A stretch of DNA of 50,477 nucleotides from a virus (taxonomy: Duplodnaviria > Caudoviricetes): the IMG/VR virus record IMGVR_UViG_3300020166_000003, positions 1 to 50,477 of that record; one strand, given 5' to 3'. Shown here piece after piece: positions 1 to 8,535 of the stretch. A model generated the notes under the pieces. It did no database searches. It was not told where the DNA came from and saw nothing but the letters and a program-made list of their open reading frames with translations. Positions within the stretch are counted from its first letter, which is position 1. Each line of letters starts with the position of its first letter. Position numbers and translations under genes: made by a program.

Positions 1-127
1 CCTAGAGCCTTTGACGAGCTAATGTACATACTTATGAACGGGACAGGCGTGGGCTTTAGCGTCGAACGTCAGTATGTAGACAAGTTACCTGAGATAGCTG
101 ATGAGTTCTTTGACACCGACACAGTGA
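1..127. repeat. Terminal overlap, identical to 50351-50477 (circular assembly)
   Basis: 127 nt direct repeat at both ends of the window, lying in frame inside the RNR gene. Confidence 0.97.
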
Positions 128-1614
128 TACACATAGCTGATTCTAAGATCGGGTGGGCTAAAGCCTTCAAAGAACTCATCAGTCTATTGTACTCTGGTCA
201 AGTACCTAGCTGGGACTCTAGCCTTGTTAGGCCTAAAGGCTCAGCCTTAAAGACCTTTGGAGGACGAGCAAGCGGCCCTGAGCCTTTGGAGGCTTTGTTC
301 CGCTTCACCGTTGAGACCTTTAAGGGTGCGGCTGGTCGTAAGTTAAACGGACTAGAAGCCCATGACATCTGCTGTAAGGTGGCTGACATTGTAGTGGTAG
401 GTGGCGTAAGGCGTTCAGCCCTTATCAGCTTATCCAATCTAACAGACACAAGGATTGCCAAGTGTAAGCATGGTGAGTACAGAGCCGAGCACGGACATCG
501 TGATTTAGCCAACAACAGTGTAGTCTATACACAGAAGCCCGACTTAGAAAGCTTTATGACTGAGTGGGTTAACCTCTATGAATCTAAGAGGGGTGAGCGT
601 GGTTTCTTTAGCCGTGTTGCTAGTCAAAACCAAGCCGCTAAGAACGGGCGACGAGATCCTGACCATGAGTTTGGTACTAACCCGTGTAGTGAAATCATCT
701 TAAGACCTAATCAGTTTTGTAATCTTAGCGAGGTGGTGATACGTCCATCAGATACCTTTGAGACTTTGAAGACTAAGGTGGCTAACGCTACTATAATGGG
801 TACACTACAATCTACACTAACCGACTTTAAATATTTGCGCCCTATATGGAAACGTAACACAGAAGAAGAAGCGTTGCTTGGAGTGAGCATGACAGGGATA
901 CAAGACCACCCCTTCATGGCTGGTAAGGTTGATAGTCATAGGGGGTTTGAGGGGTCGTTGCCTGAAGTTCTAGAGGCCTTGAAGGCTATAGCCGTAGAGA
1001 CAAACAAGAAGTGGGCTAAGGCTTTGGGCATTAACCAATCAACTGCTATCACTTGTGTTAAGCCTAGTGGTACAGTGAGTCAGTTAGTCGATAGTGCGTC
1101 TGGTATTCACGGTAGGTTCGCTAGGTTCTATAGACGTAGGGTAAGAGCAGATGCTACTGATCCTTTGTGTCAAGTACTTAAGGACGCTGGAGTCCCTTGG
1201 GAGGAGGCTGATGGAAACCCTAATGCCTTAGTGTTCTCATTCCCCGATAAAGCCCCTGAAGGCTCTGTCATTGCCTCAGAACAAACAGGCATAGAGCAGT
1301 TGGAGTTATGGAGCCTGTACCAAGAGCATTGGTGTGAACATAAGCCAAGCATTACTGTTTACTACAACGATGATAATTTCCTAGACATAGGAGCTTGGTT
1401 GTTTAAGAACTTCGATAAGGTTTCTGGTGTGGCTTTCATGCCTCACACTGAACATGCTTTTGTTCAAGCCCCTTACGAAGAGATAACAGAAGAGGAGCAC
1501 CAAGAACTAGTAGCCTCAATGCCTAAAGAAATTAACTGGGACATTGCAGAGCATGACGATAACACGGAAGGAGCACAGACACTAGCTTGTGTCGGGAATG
1601 TATGTGAAGTATGA
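1..1614 (+). CDS. nrdJ: Class II (adenosylcobalamin-dependent) ribonucleotide reductase, 3' part; full gene join(50081..50350,1..1614), 627 aa
   Basis: TNPCSEI thiyl-radical loop, VKPSGTVSQL, GGVRRSALISLS, C-terminal ACVGNVCEV redox pair; no nrdB-like small subunit seen in the genome. Confidence 0.9.
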   Translation, partial: PRAFDELMYILMNGTGVGFSVERQYVDKLPEIADEFFDTDTVIHIADSKIGWAKAFKELISLLYSGQVPSWDSSLVRPKGSALKTFGGRASGPEPLEALFRFTVETFKGAAGRKLNGLEAHDICCKVADIVVVGGVRRSALISLSNLTDTRIAKCKHGEYRAEHGHRDLANNSVVYTQKPDLESFMTEWVNLYESKRGERGFFSRVASQNQAAKNGRRDPDHEFGTNPCSEIILRPNQFCNLSEVVIRPSDTFETLKTKVANATIMGTLQSTLTDFKYLRPIWKRNTEEEALLGVSMTGIQDHPFMAGKVDSHRGFEGSLPEVLEALKAIAVETNKKWAKALGINQSTAITCVKPSGTVSQLVDSASGIHGRFARFYRRRVRADATDPLCQVLKDAGVPWEEADGNPNALVFSFPDKAPEGSVIASEQTGIEQLELWSLYQEHWCEHKPSITVYYNDDNFLDIGAWLFKNFDKVSGVAFMPHTEHAFVQAPYEEITEEEHQELVASMPKEINWDIAEHDDNTEGAQTLACVGNVCEV

Positions 1615-1823
1615 AAAACGAAGCGACACTTATAGGCTTTAAAGTACTGTTGAACAGTCGAGGCACTTTAGTTACAGAGTACACCGAGCTTCCAGCAGAT
1701 GCAGTTGAAACAGTCTTCCGTGGAGGGGGCGACCAAGCAGACGTAAGGGCTATTCTGCGTGAGGTCAGTAAGAAACTTAAGCCCTTACACAATGAAATTG
1801 AACAACTACTATTAGAGAGATAA
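1611..1823 (+). CDS. Hypothetical protein
   Basis: ATGA overlap with RNR stop; 70 aa. Confidence 0.7.
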   Translation: MKNEATLIGFKVLLNSRGTLVTEYTELPADAVETVFRGGGDQADVRAILREVSKKLKPLHNEIEQLLLER

Positions 1824-1824
1824 A

Positions 1825-2073
1825 ATGAAATCAATAATCCATGTCAACCGTCAGAACATAGCTATGAACGCTAAGGACGGGAAGAATCGCCCTGTGTATA
1901 CTGTAAAGCAAGGAGGCAAGACAATCTATGCCGCACAAGTAAACCTCTCAGGAGCAAGTCAGTTGGTGTACAACGGTACTCAGCTAGGTTGTGGGGCGAG
2001 GGCATGGGTTGAAACTAACCACCCTATAGAACTTATAGGTCAATGCACGTTCAAAGAATCGAGGGCTGTTTAA
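1825..2073 (+). CDS. Hypothetical phage protein
   Basis: Tightly coupled ORF; IHVNRQNIAMN...PVYTVK...CGARAWVET pattern resembles small phage proteins. Confidence 0.75.
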   Translation: MKSIIHVNRQNIAMNAKDGKNRPVYTVKQGGKTIYAAQVNLSGASQLVYNGTQLGCGARAWVETNHPIELIGQCTFKESRAV

Positions 2074-2074
2074 T

Positions 2075-2251
2075 ATGAGCGCACTAGAGCATTTAGTAAA
2101 GAGTAAGAAAGAAATAATGTACAATGAACTTATAAAATCTATAGGCAGTAAAAAGGCCTCCGATGCTGAGAAACATGCGGAGGCCTTGGAGCTTATAAGG
2201 GCTGGTATTTATTTCACCTATATGAATCAGAAGGGGATTATCTCCTCCTAA
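2075..2251 (+). CDS. Small hypothetical protein, 58 aa (MSALEHLVKSKK...), last gene of + arm
   Basis: Hand-translated; starts 1 nt after previous stop with GAGGG upstream; below ORF-track size cut-off. Confidence 0.5.
   Translation: MSALEHLVKSKKEIMYNELIKSIGSKKASDAEKHAEALELIRAGIYFTYMNQKGIISS
2150..2187 (-). terminator. Intrinsic terminator at the junction of the two arms
   Basis: GGCCTCCG (2155-2162) / CGGAGGCC (2178-2185) stem followed by T5 on the - strand, about 50 nt past the last structural gene. Confidence 0.7.
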
Positions 2252-4481
2252 TCCTATTCTCAAACCACTGGGCTTTAGCTTGTTCCTTTTTAGGATTATC
2301 CCTAGCTCCAGCCCAGTGATGTTTGGCATAGAACTTGCCTTTATCTACCTTGCCTTTTGCTATATCATCTAAAGGCGCGGCACCTTCTGATAGATCTGCT
2401 AGAAATATAGAGTCCTGTACTTCTTCTGGCAATGTACTGAAGTCTACGTTCTTCTTGGCGATTAGACTATCTAGCTCAGGAGTATCTTCTACTCCGTGGC
2501 GGGCTAAAAACCTTTTAGTCCTTTTAAGGGCTGTATTATTTGCACCACTTCCCCCTGCTACATCCTCTAGTTCAAACTGATACTTCCCTCTTCCTGCTCC
2601 TCTTGCTTCCCCGTCTATAATCTGTACAGCTTTGGGGTCGTTATTAGATTCTACATGGGCAACATCATCGCTATACTCTTTAATCCTTTCTACTTCTTCA
2701 TCGGTGTAACCACGCTTGTCTTTAATAGCCTTTAGTATCTTATCTGATAGTCTTGATTTCTTCACTGGTCTCCTTTTGATTGTGCCTTTCTGTGAGGTTG
2801 CGTTAGAATTTAAGCCCATTAGGTCTTGTCTTGTGGGTACTCCGTCAACAACCAAACCTCCTGAGCTATAGTTAGATCTAGGATCATTGCGATCCATTTT
2901 AGAGTTCCATATAGTTTTGAATTGAGCATTATCAAATGCAATGTAGCTCTCTCCTTTACTATCAGGTAGGGATTTCTCAGCGGCGTTCTTATACCTTATG
3001 CCATCAAAGCCCAAGTCCTTTAGCCAGTTTCTAAATTGCATGTTCATCTTCTGGTTAAACAAATCTCCCATTATCTCATCTAAGTACTCACCTTGACTTG
3101 GATTCTCGAACTGTCCTGCAGGGGCTGTAGGGTCTTTAAACCTAACAAACCTTTCATTCTTATCCCTTGCAAATAGCTTAGCTTCTTTATAGAGTTTGTC
3201 CATCTGCTTCTCTGCTTTCTTTGTCAGCTCTACTCCACTTCTCTGCACGGCAAGTTTAATCCGAGCAACAGTAGGTGCATCCTTTAAACGCCTTCCCATG
3301 TGCCAACCCAGCTTCATGTCGTCCATGTCTAAGGGCTTCTTTATTTGGACATAACCTTTAGTAATAGCATAGGGCTTAAGATCCATCACGCCCTCGCTCC
3401 CTGCAAGCCCTTCTCCAAAGCCTATACGGACTTGTTGATCCTCATACCTACCTAAGTAGTTCTCAAAGTAATTATCAATCTCAGGCTTAGTCACGGTGAG
3501 CTTGCCTTCATTAGCAGCAAAGGCTCTAAACCTATCGCCGTCCATCTGTGTTGCAATGATACTAGCTACTTGGGCTTCATCTTCACCTAGATGTATACCT
3601 ACCTCACGGGCCAGCACACCAGCTATGTCAGCATCTAAATCATGGTGGTCTGCCGTGGCTCTGTATACAGGTATCTTAACCTCAGAAGGTCTTAGAAACT
3701 TAGCAACATTATACTCCTTCTCCTCTTCTGCTTCCATGCGCTTTATGGCACTGGTCTCATGGAAGGGAGTAGGTATGTCCGTTTTGTTTTTATTAGGAAA
3801 GTTCTCTACTACTTCTCGTATAAACTTACCGTACTCTGCGTCCCGCGCCAGTCTCTGTACTAGCATAGCCCCTACTTTCTCTGAGCCTTCTTTGCCTAAG
3901 CGGCTGAAGGCTTCTGGGTGTAGTTTTTTAAGGGAGTCAGTAACATAGCCTGAGAGCTTCTGGGCTTGCCAGTCATTTAGGGGTTCGCCCTTAAACTTTT
4001 TCTCGTCTGGGAGTTCTCTGGGCTTAAACTTAGAATGGAAACTTCTGATGTCTCCATAAATCTCATTGATGTTATGGACTATAGAGCCGTCAGGGTCTAC
4101 CTCGTCAGCAAACACACTAGAAAGCTCAAAGGTTTCTCGCTCTCCTTCGGTGTAGCCCCTCCACTTCCCAAACTTCTCCCCGCCTATCTTGCCTTCAGGG
4201 GATTTCGCTATCATTTCACTTTTCAGCATGTCGTTCTTTTCTCTAAGGTAAGCCTCCACATTTAAAAGTATGTGCGCTGAACCCTCGTCCGTATCAAGGA
4301 CATCGTTTAGAGTATTCTTGTCAGAACCCTTCACATTTTTATAGGGCTTGGATACAGCCTCCACTAATCTTTGATTGGCTTCCTCTAAAACATCTTTAGA
4401 AATAAAACCATCTAAAGCATCATAAGCTGTATCAGTAAGCTCTTTAACTATTGAGTGGGTTACTTTTCCTAGTCCTGCCAT
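2238..4481 (-). CDS. Internal virion protein with ADP-ribosyltransferase-like (ART-PolyVal-type) domain and C-terminal lysozyme/transglycosylase-like domain
   Basis: IPVYRAT...GIHLG...YVQIKKPL...LGFDGIRYKN...SYIAFDNAQFKT pattern; C-terminal AHVESNNDP...GRGKYQF; last gene of virion module. Confidence 0.6.
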   Translation of the reverse strand: MAGLGKVTHSIVKELTDTAYDALDGFISKDVLEEANQRLVEAVSKPYKNVKGSDKNTLNDVLDTDEGSAHILLNVEAYLREKNDMLKSEMIAKSPEGKIGGEKFGKWRGYTEGERETFELSSVFADEVDPDGSIVHNINEIYGDIRSFHSKFKPRELPDEKKFKGEPLNDWQAQKLSGYVTDSLKKLHPEAFSRLGKEGSEKVGAMLVQRLARDAEYGKFIREVVENFPNKNKTDIPTPFHETSAIKRMEAEEEKEYNVAKFLRPSEVKIPVYRATADHHDLDADIAGVLAREVGIHLGEDEAQVASIIATQMDGDRFRAFAANEGKLTVTKPEIDNYFENYLGRYEDQQVRIGFGEGLAGSEGVMDLKPYAITKGYVQIKKPLDMDDMKLGWHMGRRLKDAPTVARIKLAVQRSGVELTKKAEKQMDKLYKEAKLFARDKNERFVRFKDPTAPAGQFENPSQGEYLDEIMGDLFNQKMNMQFRNWLKDLGFDGIRYKNAAEKSLPDSKGESYIAFDNAQFKTIWNSKMDRNDPRSNYSSGGLVVDGVPTRQDLMGLNSNATSQKGTIKRRPVKKSRLSDKILKAIKDKRGYTDEEVERIKEYSDDVAHVESNNDPKAVQIIDGEARGAGRGKYQFELEDVAGGSGANNTALKRTKRFLARHGVEDTPELDSLIAKKNVDFSTLPEEVQDSIFLADLSEGAAPLDDIAKGKVDKGKFYAKHHWAGARDNPKKEQAKAQWFENRIRRR

Positions 4482-7400
4482 TAGTAGTTCCTCTTAGTAT
4501 ATTTATCGTTCTCACCAGCAAGTTTCTTGTCTATCTCTCTTAGCATCCTCTTATACTTTTGCTTGCCTTCTCTACTAATTACTAGAGGATTAGTATATCC
4601 GGGAAATAATCTTTGACCTAAGAAGGTTACAGGGCCTTGAGACCATATTGTACCAACGTCACTACCCGCTACCCCAAAAGGTATGCCAAGATAAGGAGCG
4701 GGGTTGCCAATATACTTAGAGGCCTCTGCGGCTCTCCTAAACTGGTCTCCTGCTGTAGTGAACGCACCCCACCTTTCAATAGCTCTTAGGTATGCCATGC
4801 CCTCGCCATCTTCTTCCGAGGCTCCCTCGCTTCTGTAGTAGTTTAAGACCCTTTGCATCTCAGTCATTATTACGCCAGCAGCAACCACACGCGCCGCACC
4901 CTCAGGGGACTTATCGCGGTATAGTTTCTTGGCTGTCCCCTTCAATACAGTGTTAGTAAATGCTGTAGGGTATGTCATAAGTTGAAACATCCAAGCGGTC
5001 TTAGGGTTGTTGTATAGTGCAGGCTTCTGTCCTGACATGCTAGAAGGCTGTAAGATAACCTCATCTGTATATCTAGCTGCTCCCCTCTTTACAACACCAT
5101 AGAAATCGTCGTCTGTGCTTTGCCCAGCGTTATGCCAACGGATGCCTTCCTCTATGTTTACATTAAGCTCTTTGAGTTCATTGACTTTCTGAGTCATGCG
5201 CCTAGTCATAGGGCGGTCTCCGTGGGCCGCCAAGGCTTCTAGGTTACTTGCTATTAACTGTTTGCCTGTTACAAAACTAGTGGACTGTACAAACTTAGTC
5301 CACTGGTCAAGCAAAGTTAATTTAAAGAACGCATTAGTTACTTTATTCATGCCCTCGGAAGTAAGCTCATCGCCTACTAGCCTGTTAGAGATAGACATTA
5401 AGCCGTGCTCCAAAGCTAAGCCATTCTCATATAGCTCCCGTCTAGCCTCTTTAGCTGTTAGACCGAAGTTGTTTTTAAGTATACCTTCAGTATCACCAGT
5501 GAGGATCTTAAAACCTGAACGGCTAGCAGCCGCTAAGCCTTTAATGCTGTTTCTAAAGCCTGCCTTAGGCACGTTCAGCATAAACTCTGTTAAGCTTGTA
5601 ACGGTTGCCATGCCCAGTAACGAAACTCGTGTGGCTAAGCCGTAAGAGTTTGAAACCATTTCACCAGCAGGGCTAAAGCGGTCTAGCCCCTCGCTAGTTA
5701 CATTCTTGTATAAAGCCTCTAAGTGACGCTGCAAAGCTTCATACTCTTTTATACTTAGCTTCTCTCCTGCTTTCTCCCTTACTTGATCTATTATAGGATT
5801 GGCTATACGTTCCATGAACTCGTCAAGGTTAGAAACGCCTAAGCGTTCTTTCTTTGCTATAGCTTTAGAGGCTTGGTGAACATAAGAAGCCATAGTTACA
5901 CGAACGTCCTGCTCAAAAAACTCCGCAAACTTAGAATCATCTTTGATTTTATCCAGTGTACGCACCTTGCTAAAGAACTGAGTACTCATATTGCTGTCGT
6001 CTAGTTGGTTTGCTTTGTCCATCATGCTCTTAAAGATAGCATCTGCTTCAGCCATATCAGCCGCTTGTCCCTCGGAGACTAAAAGGCCTTTAAATTTCTT
6101 AGGGTTAGCCATGATGTGTTCTCTATGCCACATACGGTGGACATAGTTAGGGAGCTTCTCGCGGATAAGCCCATTAGATAATAGCTTATCACCTATTTCG
6201 CTATAGAGGTTTTTCAAATTAGCCCCTATAGTATTAGCCATCTTGTTCCCTACGTTCTCTCCTCGCATAGCTCTGTGTACAAGATCATTAGCTTCAGCGT
6301 CCATCTTGCCTAGTGTCTTGTTTCTTAAGCCTTCTTTGGCTATAGGCTCTACCATAGACATATACTTACCCATCCAGTTCCCGCTGTAGCTCTTGTATAC
6401 TTCAAACAAGCTAGGGGGTATGTAGTCTTGTGCCCCACTCCAAACCTTTGCAAACTCTGGGGATATGGCTGACTGTAGTTCTCTTGCCATAGCAGATATT
6501 TTAGCGTAGGCAGTTAAAAATCCAGGCTGTTTGCCCCAAAGGATTGTAGAGGTCGCACGACTCCCCAAGCGATTAAGGATACCGCCTACCTCACCCTCTA
6601 CGCCTTCTTCACTAACAGCCGCTACGCTTCCCGAAGGGGGAGCAGGAGCTTCAGGAGGTCTAGGGCCGTCTGGGCCGTCTGTAGGGCTTTCTCCGTCTGG
6701 GCCTACGCCTCTAGTTTTAGTAGGGGTAGTTGCATTAGCTGAGGCTCCTCTAGAGGTTACAGTAGCGATCTTCTCGGATACTAAATCTAGGGTCTCTTCG
6801 CCTCCACCGTTCCGTGCTACATAGTCTCTGATCTCTTTTAGTTTTTTAATGTCCTCAGGAAACAAACGCTTGCCTACCGACAAAGCCTCTTCCATCGCTG
6901 CCGTGACTGAGGCTATAGCTTTATCTATGCTCTCAGATTCCATGCTAATAGACTCTGTTAATTTTCTAAGATAGTCTACTGTCTCGTCTACCATCTCAGG
7001 AGTAGCCTGTTCAGCAGGGACAACATCCTCGATGTCCATTTGTGTCTTTAGGTTAGGACGTTCTTCGGGCAGTAGTTTAGTCCTGAACAACTCTAATTGT
7101 TCTTTAGGCTCTACGCCCTTTTTAGGCTTAGCCATGTCCTTGAACATATCTAACTGCTTCATCAGATCTTCGTCGCCTGTCTCTTTTACAAAAGCTTCAA
7201 AGGCATCCATCTGTTCTGTAAGCTCTAGTCTCCGAGAGGATAGCTCCTCGGGGGAGAACAAATCTAACTGGTCTTTTATAGGCTTCTTAGCCGCTACCTG
7301 CTTTAGTAAATCCATCTGCTCAGTAATCTGTCTACTTGCTTGAGGAGAAACTTTATCGGCAAAGGTCGCTGCCGCCTCTACAAGACTGCTTTTGCCTGTA

Positions 7401-8533
7401 CTTGTGTTGAACAAATCTAATTGCTCTGCAAATTCACCTGCCTGTTCTTCAGGGTAAGCATCCTCGAAAAAATCAGCCTGTCTCCTGCCCCTAGATTTCT
7501 CTTCTGGACTTATGCCAGCCTTGAATAAATCTCTTTGCAGTGGAGTAGTAGGCTCAGGAAACATATCCATTTGCCTAGATACATTAACTACACCAACATC
7601 AACATTATCTAACGCCCTGCTAAACACAGGGTCGTCCAGTAGACGGTTAACCACCTTGCCCATAACTCTAGGGCTTTGTTCTGTAATCAGAGGAGCTACC
7701 GCCGCCTTACGCATGAAGGGGGATGCCGCTACCTGTAAGACTTTACCAGCCCCTACTCCGAGACCAAAGGCCCCTAAGGTTTCTGGAATACTTATCTCGT
7801 CTTTAAGGCCTATAGCAACGTCACGCTTCTGTTGTATTGCGGAATCTGCGGCAGCCCACGATCCTGTGACCAGAGGGAAACCAAACTTACTGGTCATGTC
7901 TCCCGCCGCTAGGCCTCTCACAGCCATCTTCTTTGCTACATTCTTAGCAGCAGCAAAGGCTCCTGCCTGTGCGGTACCCTTAACGCCCGCCATAGCCCCT
8001 GCCTGAGCCGCAGTACTTCCACCGCCTGTCGCCAAGCCCAAGAGTACGCCGATAATAGTTTCAGGTGCTGTTATAAGATCAGTACCAATATCAACAAACG
8101 CTGACCATTGCTCATTCCCGCCCCTAATAACTGCTCTGTCAAAAGACTCGCTAAGTTTAGCGGCTTTTAGTTTAATGTGCTCAGGGGCATTTTCAAGTCT
8201 GCCTGCTTCTGATAGCGCAGTAAGCATCCTGTACCTACTATCACGCATATCTTCTACGGGGTCAAAACTCCCCCAGCTACTCCCTGCTTCCATCCACGCA
8301 TCTTTAGTGGTCTCTTGAGAGGCTAGATAGTCGAATACTTCTTTACTGTCTTCCCAGTTGTCAGCACGCCACTCATCCATTGTAGGGATATGCTCAATCG
8401 TAGGGGGTCTGGAGAGTCCAGAGGTTTCAGGAAGCCATCCCTTCTCGACGTACTCAGCTTTTTCAGCATCCATAGCATCAAGTTCTGCTAAGCTATATAC
8501 ATGAGGATCGTACTTACTTCTTTGTTCAGCCAT
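4481..8533 (-). CDS. Large internal virion (ejection) protein, 1350 aa
   Basis: Size, position after tail/lysis genes, Gly/Ala-rich hydrophobic N-terminal segments, helical C-terminal half. Confidence 0.7.
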   Translation of the reverse strand: MAEQRSKYDPHVYSLAELDAMDAEKAEYVEKGWLPETSGLSRPPTIEHIPTMDEWRADNWEDSKEVFDYLASQETTKDAWMEAGSSWGSFDPVEDMRDSRYRMLTALSEAGRLENAPEHIKLKAAKLSESFDRAVIRGGNEQWSAFVDIGTDLITAPETIIGVLLGLATGGGSTAAQAGAMAGVKGTAQAGAFAAAKNVAKKMAVRGLAAGDMTSKFGFPLVTGSWAAADSAIQQKRDVAIGLKDEISIPETLGAFGLGVGAGKVLQVAASPFMRKAAVAPLITEQSPRVMGKVVNRLLDDPVFSRALDNVDVGVVNVSRQMDMFPEPTTPLQRDLFKAGISPEEKSRGRRQADFFEDAYPEEQAGEFAEQLDLFNTSTGKSSLVEAAATFADKVSPQASRQITEQMDLLKQVAAKKPIKDQLDLFSPEELSSRRLELTEQMDAFEAFVKETGDEDLMKQLDMFKDMAKPKKGVEPKEQLELFRTKLLPEERPNLKTQMDIEDVVPAEQATPEMVDETVDYLRKLTESISMESESIDKAIASVTAAMEEALSVGKRLFPEDIKKLKEIRDYVARNGGGEETLDLVSEKIATVTSRGASANATTPTKTRGVGPDGESPTDGPDGPRPPEAPAPPSGSVAAVSEEGVEGEVGGILNRLGSRATSTILWGKQPGFLTAYAKISAMARELQSAISPEFAKVWSGAQDYIPPSLFEVYKSYSGNWMGKYMSMVEPIAKEGLRNKTLGKMDAEANDLVHRAMRGENVGNKMANTIGANLKNLYSEIGDKLLSNGLIREKLPNYVHRMWHREHIMANPKKFKGLLVSEGQAADMAEADAIFKSMMDKANQLDDSNMSTQFFSKVRTLDKIKDDSKFAEFFEQDVRVTMASYVHQASKAIAKKERLGVSNLDEFMERIANPIIDQVREKAGEKLSIKEYEALQRHLEALYKNVTSEGLDRFSPAGEMVSNSYGLATRVSLLGMATVTSLTEFMLNVPKAGFRNSIKGLAAASRSGFKILTGDTEGILKNNFGLTAKEARRELYENGLALEHGLMSISNRLVGDELTSEGMNKVTNAFFKLTLLDQWTKFVQSTSFVTGKQLIASNLEALAAHGDRPMTRRMTQKVNELKELNVNIEEGIRWHNAGQSTDDDFYGVVKRGAARYTDEVILQPSSMSGQKPALYNNPKTAWMFQLMTYPTAFTNTVLKGTAKKLYRDKSPEGAARVVAAGVIMTEMQRVLNYYRSEGASEEDGEGMAYLRAIERWGAFTTAGDQFRRAAEASKYIGNPAPYLGIPFGVAGSDVGTIWSQGPVTFLGQRLFPGYTNPLVISREGKQKYKRMLREIDKKLAGENDKYTKRNY

Positions 8534-8535
8534 TA

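Noticed and set aside
22-1614. RNR as a 530-aa N-truncated gene or pseudogene
   Set aside because: The missing 5' part is at 50081-50350, in frame across the circular junction
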